This document shows positions 1 to 10,128 of a DNA stretch of 64,000 nt, one piece after another (position 1 is the first letter of the stretch; each line of letters begins with the position of its first letter). The notes below the pieces were generated by a model that had not been told where the DNA came from, did not search any database, and saw only the letters and a list, made by a program, of their open reading frames with translations. The DNA is from an uncultured Alphaproteobacteria bacterium (GTDB lineage: Bacteria; Pseudomonadota; Alphaproteobacteria; Methylaequorales; Methylaequoraceae), in contig CACIYM010000001.1 of NCBI GenBank assembly GCA_902590895.1, forward strand, positions 160,555 to 224,554, read 5' to 3'. The translations under genes were made by a program, and so were the position numbers.

Positions 1-1255
1 TAGCGTCCGTTCTTGCCGTACCGCCACCACCAAGTGTGTAACGCTGGTTGATCTCACCATCATCCTGACCAGTTGTAACTAAATGGTTAGAACCATATGA
101 GTAACCGACGTTTGTACCTTGACCGAAGTCATATGTACCTTGGATATAACCACCATAGAAGTGTCTAGCTTTACCTCTTTCATCAAGAGATCCAGAATAG
201 CCACCATTAAGGTTACCTTGGAACTGCATTCCAAGACCGTGGTTATAGAAACCTGAAGCAACAAGTTTGAAGCCTTGGAATGTTAATCTCGTACCGAAAC
301 CAACACCACCAACTTCAACTCCATCAGATTGATCATCGTCTACTGATACAGGAGCAACACCACTTGCGTAGCTTTGCAATCTATTTCTCAGTTGGTATAA
401 ACCTGTTTCAGCGGTTGTTCTTTCTAGGCTCTGGTATTGACCATCAACCCAAACATAACCACCTAGACCACCAAGTTCAAATGAGTAGTCTAACTGAGCC
501 TCAACTCTTGGATATTTAGTGTTTGTGGCATCAGCACCAGTGCTAGACTGGAGTGGAGTTGCCTGTAAAATACCAATTTTAGCTCCAATCGGTCCAAGAC
601 CTGGAGTTGTCCAAGTAATTTGTGGATACCAGTCAGCATATACGTAACCAACACCGATCCTACCTAAAGTAGTACCTGTAATGTTACCTGCAGCCACACC
701 AACACCAAATAGTGTCATATCATTTAAGATAGCGTTAGACTGGTGAATACCTAAACTTCTACCCATTAGAACAGAACCAAAAGATCCTGCAACTGTTAGA
801 GAAGTTTCACGGATGTTAATTACGTTTCCGTTTGCTGAGTTACCAGTTGCGTTCATGTGTGTGTATAGGCCTAAACGACCAGAAACATCTAAACCGTTTT
901 TAGTTGGAGCTTTTACAGTGAAACCCCAAACGTTTGGTAATAGACCAACAGAAATAGATGAAATATCTTGTCCACCTTCTCCTTGTCCAATCACACCACC
1001 GCGGTTTACGTTACCAGATACACCACCAAGAATAGTTGAAGCAGCAGTTTCACCACCAGTTGTATACTGGTTGTAGTAACCTAGCGTGTCCATATTTCCA
1101 GTAGAAGTATGGTTGTAGAAAGCGTTAGCGGCACCGTCAAAAGACACTTCCCAACCGTTATCACTCATAAGCAGAACTTTTGAGCTTACGTCAGTTGCGG
1201 AAAGAGCCATAACAGCAGGAATTGCAGCTAAAGCAATTTTTTTGTTAATATTCAT
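1..1255 (-). CDS. Outer-membrane porin, 3' end beyond the window edge (not in ORF track)
   Basis: ATG at 1255 after AAGGAAGGAA SD. Open frame MNINKKIALAAIPAVMALSATDVSSKVLLMSDNGWEVSFDGAANAFY... runs to position 1. Signal peptide and Gly/aromatic beta-strand pattern (GSFGSVLMGR, YGGYIQGTYDF). Confidence 0.85.
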   Translation of the reverse strand, partial: MNINKKIALAAIPAVMALSATDVSSKVLLMSDNGWEVSFDGAANAFYNHTSTGNMDTLGYYNQYTTGGETAASTILGGVSGNVNRGGVIGQGEGGQDISSISVGLLPNVWGFTVKAPTKNGLDVSGRLGLYTHMNATGNSANGNVINIRETSLTVAGSFGSVLMGRSLGIHQSNAILNDMTLFGVGVAAGNITGTTLGRIGVGYVYADWYPQITWTTPGLGPIGAKIGILQATPLQSSTGADATNTKYPRVEAQLDYSFELGGLGGYVWVDGQYQSLERTTAETGLYQLRNRLQSYASGVAPVSVDDDQSDGVEVGGVGFGTRLTFQGFKLVASGFYNHGLGMQFQGNLNGGYSGSLDERGKARHFYGGYIQGTYDFGQGTNVGYSYGSNHLVTTGQDDGEINQRYTLGGGGTARTDA

Positions 1256-1352
1256 ATTATTTCCTTCCTTAAGTTAATTAAATAATATTTTACCATAATA
1301 TTAAAAAATATTTATTATTGAAGAAATAAATGGTTTTAATCGAGAATAAGCG

Positions 1353-1382
1353 AAATTTTGTTGTAAAATTACAACAGAATTT
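1353..1382. promoter_or_regulatory. 14-bp inverted repeat (one mismatch) between the tonB stop and the porin; operator or terminator hairpin
   Basis: AAATTTTGTTGTAA-AA-TTACAACAGAATTT read directly from the sequence. Confidence 0.5.
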
Positions 1383-2110
1383 TAATTCAAAATATAATTA
1401 ACTGGTATTTTAATCGAAAACGTATCTGTCTCATTAAAAATTAGTTTTGGTGGTTTTGGAAATTGATAACCTTTTAAAATTTGCTTTGTTTTTTCATAAA
1501 GCCTTTTTGGCCTTTTGTTTTCAAAATTTAGTTCTAAAAGATTTCCGTTTGAATTTAATATAATTATTGCAATAATTGTTCCTTGTTCACGTCGTTTGAT
1601 CGATTGAATTGGATACGATTTTATCGCAAGTTTATTTATTTCTTCAGATATTTTTATAAGAAAAGATTTTATTTCTTGATCAATCAGTAATTTTTTATTC
1701 TTATCATTTTGAAAAGTTTTTTTCTGTTCATAACTTTTTTCATTAATTTTTTGGTCATTTTCTTTTGCATTTTTTAAGTTTTTAGGTTCTACTTTTTTTT
1801 CTAACTCTTTAATTTGCTTTTCTGTTTCGGGAGGTTCTATAATTTTAACTTTTCTTTCTTTAATTGGAACTTTTTGTTCTAATTTTTTTTCAAAAATTTT
1901 TTTTTGAATAATTTTTTTTTCTGGTTTTGGAACATTTTTTGTTACTTGTTTTTTTACTTCAACTTTTTTTGGTTTAAACTCTTTATATGCGCTTAAATCA
2001 AGTACATAAATTTCATCTACTTTATTTATTTTTTGGATTTGGTAAAAAAAAACTACATGTACAAATATTGATATTAAAAAAGCAAATATAAGGTAATTAA
2101 ATTTTATCAT
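1382..2110 (-). CDS. tonB: TonB-family energy transducer
   Basis: N-terminal TM helix with SxxxH (ISIFVH), Lys/Glu/Pro linker, C-terminal YPxxSxxRREQG...IPVNY. Follows exbBD. Start taken at ATG 2110. Confidence 0.85.
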   Translation of the reverse strand: MIKFNYLIFAFLISIFVHVVFFYQIQKINKVDEIYVLDLSAYKEFKPKKVEVKKQVTKNVPKPEKKIIQKKIFEKKLEQKVPIKERKVKIIEPPETEKQIKELEKKVEPKNLKNAKENDQKINEKSYEQKKTFQNDKNKKLLIDQEIKSFLIKISEEINKLAIKSYPIQSIKRREQGTIIAIIILNSNGNLLELNFENKRPKRLYEKTKQILKGYQFPKPPKLIFNETDTFSIKIPVNYILN

Positions 2111-2501
2111 TTTTATGCTTAACATTAATAAAAACTTTCTTTATTTCTTTCATCTTAAAAAGTTTTATCAATTCATTAAATTTTTTAATACTGGCTTCTT
2201 CGTCAATATTAATAATAATTTTACTATCATTCTCCAAAATATTTAATATGTCCTCTTTTTCTACTTCTCTGTTATTCCATATAAAAGAACCATCCTTTCT
2301 TACTGTGAGTGTTTCTTTTAACTCAATTTTTTTTTTCCCAAAAAATGATTCCGGTATGGTAATTTCAACCTCATCTTTTTTTTGAATAACACCTGTTAAG
2401 AGAAAAAAAATCAGTAGTAAAAAAATTAAATTAATCATAGGAATTAAATTAATTGAGTCATTAAACTCTTTTTTTTTATTATTTTTTCTCAGACGGATCA
2501 T
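2097..2501 (-). CDS. exbD: ExbD/TolR family biopolymer transport protein (Asn in place of the conserved TM Asp)
   Basis: INLIPMINLIFLLLIFFLL motif. Confidence 0.85.
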   Translation of the reverse strand: MIRLRKNNKKKEFNDSINLIPMINLIFLLLIFFLLTGVIQKKDEVEITIPESFFGKKKIELKETLTVRKDGSFIWNNREVEKEDILNILENDSKIIINIDEEASIKKFNELIKLFKMKEIKKVFINVKHKNDKI

Positions 2502-2871
2502 TTGCAAAAGTTACGTTTTTAATTTTATTTTTTTTTAAAATATCTAAAATATATATCAATGTTTTAATCTCAGAAGATTTGTCATTTAAAATAACAAAGT
2601 TTTTAGAATTTTCTTTGTTCCAGATTTTAAGTAATTGATCTTCAAGAGATATTTTTTCAATTTTTTTGTTTTCAAAAACATATTCATTTTTCTGAATTTT
2701 TATTACTGTTGTTTCTTTAAGTTCAGAATTTTCTGAAATATTCTTTTCAATTGAAAACTCCATGTCTCTTTTTTCGTAAAAATTTGTTGCAAGCATGAAA
2801 AAGACAAGCATTAAAAAAATTATGTCTATTAGAGGTATAATGTTTATTTTAATTTTTTTTTTTTCTAACAC
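2479..2871 (-). CDS. exbD: ExbD/TolR family biopolymer transport protein
   Basis: INIIPLIDIIFLMLVFFML motif; GTG start. Confidence 0.9.
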   Translation of the reverse strand: MLEKKKIKINIIPLIDIIFLMLVFFMLATNFYEKRDMEFSIEKNISENSELKETTVIKIQKNEYVFENKKIEKISLEDQLLKIWNKENSKNFVILNDKSSEIKTLIYILDILKKNKIKNVTFANDPSEKK

Positions 2872-2879
2872 TTATTGAA

Positions 2880-3473
2880 CTAAGAAATGTTTATTAATTT
2901 ATGAGCTAATTCTTCTGTACTTTTATGTTTGATTAAAATATTTCTATCAAAGAAGTAGTGACTAATTAATGCTGGAATAGCCACAATTAGTCCCATCGCA
3001 GTTGTGAGTAAAGCTGTCCAGATACCACCAGCTAAAATTGATGGGTCAACCAAGCTTCCACCTAACTCTAATTCATTGAAGGAATCGATCATTCCTATAA
3101 CGGTTCCAAGCAATCCTATCAAAGGACTTACTTGTCCAATTATTTCTAAAGTTGGCATAAATCTATTCAATTTTTCGGTTTCTTTTTCTATTAAAATTAA
3201 GATTTGGTCGTGTTGATTATCTGTTTTTTTTTTAATAACATTTACAATTTCTTTAAAAAAATTGTTGTCTTTAAGATGCTCTAGATTTTTTTCAAACTGG
3301 GTAATTGAACTGCTATTATTAATAAGGTAATTAATTTTTTTAAAATCGTTTTTTTTAAATAAATATAACTCAAAGAATTTATATATGATTAATGTTAAAC
3401 CAATCGCTGACATCACCAGGAGTATGGAAAATATTAAACCACCTTTTTCAATATAACTTCCTAATTCAACCAT
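2880..3473 (-). CDS. exbB: MotA/TolQ/ExbB proton channel protein
   Basis: SPLIGLLGTVIGMI and GIWTALLTTAMGLIVAIPA motifs. Confidence 0.92.
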   Translation of the reverse strand: MVELGSYIEKGGLIFSILLVMSAIGLTLIIYKFFELYLFKKNDFKKINYLINNSSSITQFEKNLEHLKDNNFFKEIVNVIKKKTDNQHDQILILIEKETEKLNRFMPTLEIIGQVSPLIGLLGTVIGMIDSFNELELGGSLVDPSILAGGIWTALLTTAMGLIVAIPALISHYFFDRNILIKHKSTEELAHKLINIS

Positions 3474-3493
3474 CGTTCAATTCTGACATCTAC

Positions 3494-4246
3494 TTATAAC
3501 AACCCGTTTAACAAATTAGGGTATTTTTTTGTCAAATCACAATACTCTTTATTAACTAAATCGTTATCTATGCTCAGTGGATTTCTTTTGGACTTTACTT
3601 TATAATCGAATACGACTGTTCCAGGATTTTTTGAAAAAAAAAGTACTCTATCACCAAGTAAAATTGCCTCTTTTAGAACATGAGTAATCAAAATAATTGT
3701 AGTTGGATTTTTTTTCCAGTAATTAACTAACACTTCGTAAAGGTTTTCTGCTGTGGGCTGGTCTAATGAAACAAATGGTTCATCCATGAGAAGAACTTTT
3801 GGATTATTAATAAAAGCTCTAGCCAATGAAACCCTTCTTCTCATCCCACCAGATATTGATTTAGGATAATAATTAATAAAGTCTTTAAGTCCGAAATTTT
3901 CAAGAATTTCATCTATTCTTTCGTCGTTTAAGGGCTTGCCATCGCACACTAATGCAACATTTTCCTTAACAGTTAACCAAGGTAGCAACCTTGATGTTTG
4001 AAAAACATAACCAAATTTTTCATCAAAGCTTTGTTTATTATCATTAAATTCAATGATTTGGTCTTCGGTTTTAATTAGACCTCCAATCATATTCATAAGA
4101 GTAGTTTTTCCACATCCAGATGGACCAACTATACAAACAAACTCTTTGGATTTAATGTTAATGTCTATATCTTTAAGAACTTTTATTCGACTGTTATTGT
4201 GCTTATTGAGAAAAGATTTTTCTTCGATTTTAATTGCAAAATTCAT
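3494..4246 (-). CDS. NitT/TauT-family ABC transporter ATP-binding protein
   Basis: Walker A GPSGCGKT, signature ISGGM, Walker B LLMDEPF. Likely start ATG 4246. Confidence 0.92.
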   Translation of the reverse strand: MNFAIKIEEKSFLNKHNNSRIKVLKDIDINIKSKEFVCIVGPSGCGKTTLMNMIGGLIKTEDQIIEFNDNKQSFDEKFGYVFQTSRLLPWLTVKENVALVCDGKPLNDERIDEILENFGLKDFINYYPKSISGGMRRRVSLARAFINNPKVLLMDEPFVSLDQPTAENLYEVLVNYWKKNPTTIILITHVLKEAILLGDRVLFFSKNPGTVVFDYKVKSKRNPLSIDNDLVNKEYCDLTKKYPNLLNGLL

Positions 4247-4247
4247 T

Positions 4248-4997
4248 TTACTTCCAAACTGATATTTTTCTTTCAAAGGGTCTAATTAATATAAATTCTA
4301 CAAAAATAATTAATATAACAAATGCTAGTGTATATGCTAGAATTCCAGAAATGTCAAAAAATTGAAAAAAACCATACAGTTTAAATCCGACCCCATTGCT
4401 TCTTCCTAATAATTCGACAACTAAAACAATTTTCCAAATAAGTGACAAACCAGATCTTGCTGATGATAATAAATACGGATACAGTTGGGGAAGTATGACT
4501 TTGAAAAACATTTTACCCTTACTAATTTTATAAAACCTAGCTACATCTAAATAGTCTTGCTCAATAGCTCTAGAACCTTCTCTCATTATGACTGCAACCA
4601 TTGGAATTTTATTGAGTGAAACAGCTAATATCGCTGCCAACTCATTTAAACCAAACCATACATAACACAGTATTATTATTACCAAGGCTGGTACATTAAG
4701 CCCTAACACTAACCAATCATCTAACGCAACATTAGCTTTTTCATTTCTTCCCATATATATACCAAAAAATGTTCCGACAAGCATCGCTATGATAAATGAT
4801 ATGGTTACTCTTTTGAGAGTGATTAGAGTATGAAAAAAAAGTTCCGAGCTTTGTGCCTCCTCTACTATTTTTTTTGAAACATCAGACGGCCCGGGTAAAA
4901 GGTCTATATCTACAAACATGCTTGAAATATGCCATATTAAAAAGAACGTAATTATGGATGCAATTCTTAAGATTGCGTTTGTCTTCAATAAGTTCAT
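4248..4997 (-). CDS. NitT/TauT-family ABC transporter permease
   Basis: Multi-TM protein of SsuC/TauC type (WKIVLVVELLGRSNGVG). Confidence 0.9.
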   Translation of the reverse strand: MNLLKTNAILRIASIITFFLIWHISSMFVDIDLLPGPSDVSKKIVEEAQSSELFFHTLITLKRVTISFIIAMLVGTFFGIYMGRNEKANVALDDWLVLGLNVPALVIIILCYVWFGLNELAAILAVSLNKIPMVAVIMREGSRAIEQDYLDVARFYKISKGKMFFKVILPQLYPYLLSSARSGLSLIWKIVLVVELLGRSNGVGFKLYGFFQFFDISGILAYTLAFVILIIFVEFILIRPFERKISVWK

Positions 4998-5000
4998 TGA

Positions 5001-5960
5001 TTAATTTCTCCAGAAAGTCCCTGGTGATAACTCAGTTGCTTTTCCAACTAACTCTTTTCCACCAATTTTTGAAAGTATGGAGTAAAGCTTTTTTGATCCC
5101 TCTAGTTGACTTTTGGAAAATTCTCCTCTTGGTATTCCTTCTCTGTAAATATCTCTGAGATTTACAAATAATTTATCATTACTTGCATTCATAAATGGAC
5201 GAACATCATTCCATATATCGTCAGATTCAAGCATAAGTTGTTTTGCTTCATCGGAGGCTTTCAGAAAGTTCTTGAAAATTTCAGTTGATTTTTCACCCCA
5301 CTTTTCCTTGAAAACCCAACCGATTACCGGCATGCCACTCGGGATACCTAGTTCAGAAAGTATGTCCTTGATGTCTATTATTTTTTCAAAATTTTCATCG
5401 GTTAAAAGCTTTGCCTGATAGGGCCAGTAGGTTAAAATTGCATCGAAGCTTTTTTGTTTAATTTTCTTATTTAAAAGAGGCGGTGCACCAAAGATCGGTT
5501 TACTTAGTTTTATAAGGTCTTCACCATATTTTTTTTTGTAAAATGCTCTAAATATCAACCATCCTTTATCTACTTGTCCTCCGGCTATTCCTATTTTTTT
5601 ATCTTTTAAATCTATATCATTAACAATATTTGAATCTTTTGGTGCTATCAACCCCCCAGCAGCCATTGAATGGGGAACAAAACTAAATAGTCTACCTTCG
5701 CTTCTCTGCCTTGAAACCCAAAACCAGTCAGTGACAATTAGATCGACAGCCCCACCTTGTAGTGCAACGGCCGCAGCATTTTTACTCGCTAACTCTACTA
5801 TTTCTAAGTTAAAATTATTTTTTTTGTCGAGTTCAAGTTCTTTGATAAGTTTTAATTCCCAATTAACACTACCATACTGAAGAGAACCAATCTTAATCGT
5901 TTCAGCCTCTAACCTGAAGGAGAGCAAAAAACCAATAAGGAAATAAATTACAACTTTCAT
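5001..5960 (-). CDS. NitT/TauT-family ABC substrate-binding protein (possibly PqqT-like)
   Basis: Signal peptide; GSVNWEL, DWFWVSRQR and FGAPPLL motifs; first gene of the ABC operon. Confidence 0.85.
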   Translation of the reverse strand: MKVVIYFLIGFLLSFRLEAETIKIGSLQYGSVNWELKLIKELELDKKNNFNLEIVELASKNAAAVALQGGAVDLIVTDWFWVSRQRSEGRLFSFVPHSMAAGGLIAPKDSNIVNDIDLKDKKIGIAGGQVDKGWLIFRAFYKKKYGEDLIKLSKPIFGAPPLLNKKIKQKSFDAILTYWPYQAKLLTDENFEKIIDIKDILSELGIPSGMPVIGWVFKEKWGEKSTEIFKNFLKASDEAKQLMLESDDIWNDVRPFMNASNDKLFVNLRDIYREGIPRGEFSKSQLEGSKKLYSILSKIGGKELVGKATELSPGTFWRN

Positions 5961-6052
5961 TTTTTTTCAACAACAATAATCATTTTAGATTACTATATAT
6001 TTGTTATCAATAATTTCATATATATTTATACTTTAATAAAAAATATTAATCT

Positions 6053-6289
6053 ATGTTAAAAAAACAAGTAAAATTAGATCTTATTGGTTTAAAATGTCCA
6101 GTTCCAGTTTTAAAGTTAGCAAAAAAAATTAGAGAAATTAATATAGGCAATATTTTAAAAGTTGAAGTTGATGACCCTAAAGCCGATAATGACTTTGAGG
6201 AGTTAGCAAAAAATATTAATATCAAAATTTTAAAAAAAGAAAAAAAAAATAATATATTTGTTTTTCTAATAGAAAAGATAAAAAAATGA
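6053..6289 (+). CDS. tusA: TusA/SirA-family sulfur carrier
   Basis: LDLIGLKCPVPVLK (CPxP), 78 aa. Confidence 0.85.
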   Translation: MLKKQVKLDLIGLKCPVPVLKLAKKIREINIGNILKVEVDDPKADNDFEELAKNINIKILKKEKKNNIFVFLIEKIKK

Positions 6290-6504
6290 AAAATTTAAAG
6301 TTGGTTGATATCGAAAAAATGAGCTTTGAAGAAGCTTTTAATGAGTTAAATAAAATAGTAGATTTTATCGAAAGCACTGATGTAAGCTTAGATGATTCAA
6401 TAATGGTCTACGAAACAGGTATTCAGTTAAAAAAACACTGTGAAAAAAAATTAAAAGACGCAGAAGTAAAAATTAAAAAAGTAGTCGAAAATAAAATAGA
6501 ATAA
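6286..6504 (+). CDS. xseB: Exodeoxyribonuclease VII small subunit
   Basis: SFEEAFNELNKIV...SLDDSI..YE.G..L...C; directly upstream of ispA. Confidence 0.92.
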   Translation: MKNLKLVDIEKMSFEEAFNELNKIVDFIESTDVSLDDSIMVYETGIQLKKHCEKKLKDAEVKIKKVVENKIE

Positions 6505-6509
6505 GATCA

Positions 6510-7403
6510 ATGAAAAGTAAAAATCATATTGATAATTTGATTTCCTCTTTTTCAAAGAATTTTGACAAAAAATTAGTTGATTTAATTCCAAAAAAAAAAA
6601 TTAGCTCTAAGCATTTATATAATGCAATGAAATATATCATTGATGTTGGTGGGAAGAGACTGAGACCAATATTTTTAACGGAAATATCAAATCTATTAGG
6701 AGTAAAAAAAGAAAATTCTTTCAGGACAGCAGCTAGTGTAGAGTTAATTCATTGTTACTCGTTGGTACATGATGACCTTCCATCAATGGATAATGATGAT
6801 TTAAGAAGAGGGCATAAGACATGTCATAAAAAATTTGATGAAGCTACAGCAATTCTCGTTGGTGATGCTTTACAATCTCTAGCATTTGAAATTTTAGCAA
6901 ATCATAAAACACATAAAGATTCCAAAAAAAGAATAATGCTAATAAACGAACTATCTAAATCAGCTGGTTGTGAAGGTATGGTTGGGGGGCAGATGCTAGA
7001 TTTAGAAGCAGAAAAGAAAAAACTTAATTTAAAAGAAATTTATAATTTACAAAGACTTAAAACAGGTGAATTATTTAGATTTTCTTGTGTTTCACCTTGT
7101 ATATTAGCCGGAAAAAATAATAAAATAAAAATGTTTGAAAATTTTTCATCGAATTTAGGACTTGCCTTTCAAATTAAAGATGATCTTTTGGATATAGAAG
7201 GTAATGAAAAGGAAATTGGAAAAAAAACGCGAAAAGATTCTAGAAAAGGTAAAGAGACTTTAATCTCACTTCTTGGCAAAGAAAAGGCTAGAAAAAAATC
7301 AGAAGAATTGATATCAAGTTCACTAGAAATTCTTAAAAAGTTTGGTAAAGATGCAGAAAATCTAATTGACCTAACTAATTTTATAATATCAAGAAAAAAA
7401 TGA
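6510..7403 (+). CDS. ispA: Farnesyl diphosphate synthase / polyprenyl synthase
   Basis: GGKRLRP, HDDLPSMDNDDLRRG, FQIKDD motifs. Confidence 0.95.
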   Translation: MKSKNHIDNLISSFSKNFDKKLVDLIPKKKISSKHLYNAMKYIIDVGGKRLRPIFLTEISNLLGVKKENSFRTAASVELIHCYSLVHDDLPSMDNDDLRRGHKTCHKKFDEATAILVGDALQSLAFEILANHKTHKDSKKRIMLINELSKSAGCEGMVGGQMLDLEAEKKKLNLKEIYNLQRLKTGELFRFSCVSPCILAGKNNKIKMFENFSSNLGLAFQIKDDLLDIEGNEKEIGKKTRKDSRKGKETLISLLGKEKARKKSEELISSSLEILKKFGKDAENLIDLTNFIISRKK

Positions 7404-8176
7404 CTTCTAACATTGAAAACGAATTTTTTATAAATAAGTTCAAAAATAGAAGACTCGATTCTCTTCTTGTTGATAAAAAGCTAGTGCCTTCACGAAAAGA
7501 GGCTGTTTCTCTTATTATGACAGGAGGTGTATTTGTAGAGGAGAAGAAGGTAGATAAGCCAGGTAAAATAATAAAATTAAACCAGAAAATATCATTAAAA
7601 AAATATAAAAAAGATTGGGTATCAAGGGGTGGTTATAAACTAGATGCAGTCCTGAAAAGATTTAAGTTAGATGTTAAGAATAAAGTTTGCATGGATATTG
7701 GCTGCTCATCAGGTGGGTTCTCCGATGTACTAATAAAAGGAAATGTTAAAAGAATTTACGCAATTGATGTTGGATACGGTCAATTTGACTGGAAACTAAG
7801 AAAAAAAAAGGAAATTATTTTATTAGAAAAAACTAACGCAAGATATCTTACAAAAAAAATGATAACTGAAGAAATAGATCTTATTGTTTGTGATGTTAGC
7901 TTTATATCTGCAAAAAAAGTTTTAGAGCCTAATAAAAAATTTCTGGGTAAAAAGTTTGAAATTATTGTTTTGTTGAAACCACAGTTTGAGGTCGGCAGAA
8001 AGAATGTGGGAAAAGGTGGGATTGTGAAAAATTTTAAAATTCACGAGGATTTATGTGAAAATTTTGAAAATTGGATAAAAAGTACTTTTGAGCCAAATTT
8101 TTGTAAATTCATCGAGAGTCCTATAAAAGGTCAAAAAGGTAATAAGGAGTTTCTATTTTATTTTGGTGACTTGTAA
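7400..8176 (+). CDS. tlyA: TlyA-family rRNA methyltransferase
   Basis: S4 domain, VSRGGYKL, DIGCSSGGF, KPQFE, GNKEF. Confidence 0.93.
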   Translation: MTSNIENEFFINKFKNRRLDSLLVDKKLVPSRKEAVSLIMTGGVFVEEKKVDKPGKIIKLNQKISLKKYKKDWVSRGGYKLDAVLKRFKLDVKNKVCMDIGCSSGGFSDVLIKGNVKRIYAIDVGYGQFDWKLRKKKEIILLEKTNARYLTKKMITEEIDLIVCDVSFISAKKVLEPNKKFLGKKFEIIVLLKPQFEVGRKNVGKGGIVKNFKIHEDLCENFENWIKSTFEPNFCKFIESPIKGQKGNKEFLFYFGDL

Positions 8177-9244
8177 TTATTTGTTTTTTTTTTGAATAAG
8201 TTTTAAATCCGCTAAAACCAAAGCCACCATTGCTTCTCCTATTGGTACGGCTCTGATACCGACGCATGGGTCATGCCTGCCTTTTGTTTTTATCTTCGTA
8301 TTTTTACCATGAATGTCAATAGTGCCTCTTTCAATTAAGATAGAGCTAGTCGGTTTTACTACAAATCTGATAACCAGATCTTGACCAGAAGTTATGCCAC
8401 CTAATGTTCCTCCTGCATTATTTGACTTAAATGAAGTTTTTTTTTTTTTGGCTAAAATTTGATCAGAATTTTCTTCACCTCTTAATTCAGCACTTTCAAA
8501 TCCTGCGCCAATTTCAATACCCTTTACGGCTGGTATACTCATAATACCATATGCCAACAATGCATCTACTTTATCAAAAACAGGTTCGCCAAGACCAATA
8601 TCAATCCCTGACACGTTTATTTCGATTACTGCTCCCACTGACGACCCTTCTTTCCTAATGGAATTAATGTAGTTTTCCCATTTTTTTAATTGAGTTTTAT
8701 CTGGACAAAAAAAATCATTTTTTGGTATTTGTTTCCAGTCCCAGTTTTTTCGACTTATTTTTTCTTTTCCAATTTGTATTAATGCACCTCTAATTTTAAC
8801 TTTATTCCCAAGAATTTTCCTCGCAATAGCACTTGCCGCTACCCTAGCTGCTGTTTCTCTTGCTGATGCTCTTCCTCCGCCCCTGTAATCCCTAAAGCCA
8901 TATTTCATTTGATATGTATAATCAGCGTGACCAGGACGAAACTTATTTTTTATATCCGCATAGTCTTTAGATTTTACATCATTATTTCTGATCAGAAGTG
9001 AAATGGGCGTACCTGTTGTTTTACCTTCAAATACTCCGGAAAGAATCTCAACTTTATCATCTTCCTTTCTTTGTGTTGTATATTTTGATTGCCCTGGTTT
9101 TCTTTTGTCCAAGAACGATTGAATATATTTTTCATCTAATTTAATATCTGCAGGCACTCCATCAATTATACACCCCAGGCCGGACCCATGACTTTCTCCC
9201 CATGTGGTTACCTTAAAAATTTTACCAAAAGTATTTCCTGTCAT
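8177..9244 (-). CDS. aroC: Chorismate synthase
   Basis: [28 protein letters not shown]. Confidence 0.97.
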   Translation of the reverse strand: MTGNTFGKIFKVTTWGESHGSGLGCIIDGVPADIKLDEKYIQSFLDKRKPGQSKYTTQRKEDDKVEILSGVFEGKTTGTPISLLIRNNDVKSKDYADIKNKFRPGHADYTYQMKYGFRDYRGGGRASARETAARVAASAIARKILGNKVKIRGALIQIGKEKISRKNWDWKQIPKNDFFCPDKTQLKKWENYINSIRKEGSSVGAVIEINVSGIDIGLGEPVFDKVDALLAYGIMSIPAVKGIEIGAGFESAELRGEENSDQILAKKKKTSFKSNNAGGTLGGITSGQDLVIRFVVKPTSSILIERGTIDIHGKNTKIKTKGRHDPCVGIRAVPIGEAMVALVLADLKLIQKKNK

Positions 9245-9245
9245 C

Positions 9246-10046
9246 TTATTCTACGCTAATATCCGGTGCGTCTACTGCTTTCATACCAACAACATGATAC
9301 CCACAGTCAACGTGTATAACCTCTCCGGTGACGCCAGAAGACAAATCAGAAAGTAAGTAGATTGAATTTTTACCTACTTCCTCAATGTTTGTACTTCTTC
9401 TAAGTGGAGAATTATATTCATTCCATTTAAGTATGTATCTAAAGTCTGAAATTCCTGATGCTGCAAGAGTTTTTATGGGTCCAGCTGAAATTGCATTAAC
9501 TCTTATATTTTTTTTTCCTAAATCTTCAGCTAAGTATTTTACACTTGTCTCTAAAGCTGATTTTGCAATTCCCATAACGTTGTAGTGAGGCATCACTCTC
9601 TCAGCTCCTAGATAAGATAAAGTTAATATCTGTCCACCATCATTCATTAAATCGGAAACTCTTTGACACAATGCGGTAAAAGAATAGCAAGAAACATTCA
9701 ATGTGTTTAAGAAATTTTCTCTACTAGTTTTAACGTAACTACCTTTCAATTCATTTTTGTCTGAGAATGCTAAAGAGTGAACTAAAAAATCACATGAGTT
9801 CCAATTTTGTTTTATTTGCGAAAAAAAATTATCAATACTTTTGTCATCTTGAACATCACATTCATAAATCAAATCTGAATTACATTTTTCTGCCAGCGGT
9901 TTGAGTCTCTTTTTTATGGAATCGTTTACGTACGAAAATGCTAATTGTGCTCCACATTCATTAAGTTTCTCAGCAATACCCCAGGCAATTGATTTTTCAT
10001 TAGCGATACCTAAAATAATACCTTTTTTATCCTTTAAATTTATCAT
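9246..10046 (-). CDS. fabI: Enoyl-ACP reductase
   Basis: [29 protein letters not shown]. Confidence 0.96.
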   Translation of the reverse strand: MINLKDKKGIILGIANEKSIAWGIAEKLNECGAQLAFSYVNDSIKKRLKPLAEKCNSDLIYECDVQDDKSIDNFFSQIKQNWNSCDFLVHSLAFSDKNELKGSYVKTSRENFLNTLNVSCYSFTALCQRVSDLMNDGGQILTLSYLGAERVMPHYNVMGIAKSALETSVKYLAEDLGKKNIRVNAISAGPIKTLAASGISDFRYILKWNEYNSPLRRSTNIEEVGKNSIYLLSDLSSGVTGEVIHVDCGYHVVGMKAVDAPDISVE

Positions 10047-10128
10047 TGAATTTATTATCTATAGTCTTTTTTAAAATTGAAATTAAAGTTTATTGTCTTT
10101 ATAATACATTTCATTCTAAAAAGAAATA

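Noticed and set aside
79..1076. Short ORF-track ORFs 79-264, 280-519 and 813-1076
   Set aside because: They are alternative-frame or antisense shadows of the porin gene (1-1255, minus strand).
5961..6052. TAATC-N6-GATTA dyad upstream of the ABC/TonB operon as a Fur/Irr-type box
   Set aside because: Short and AT-only; not distinguishable from background.
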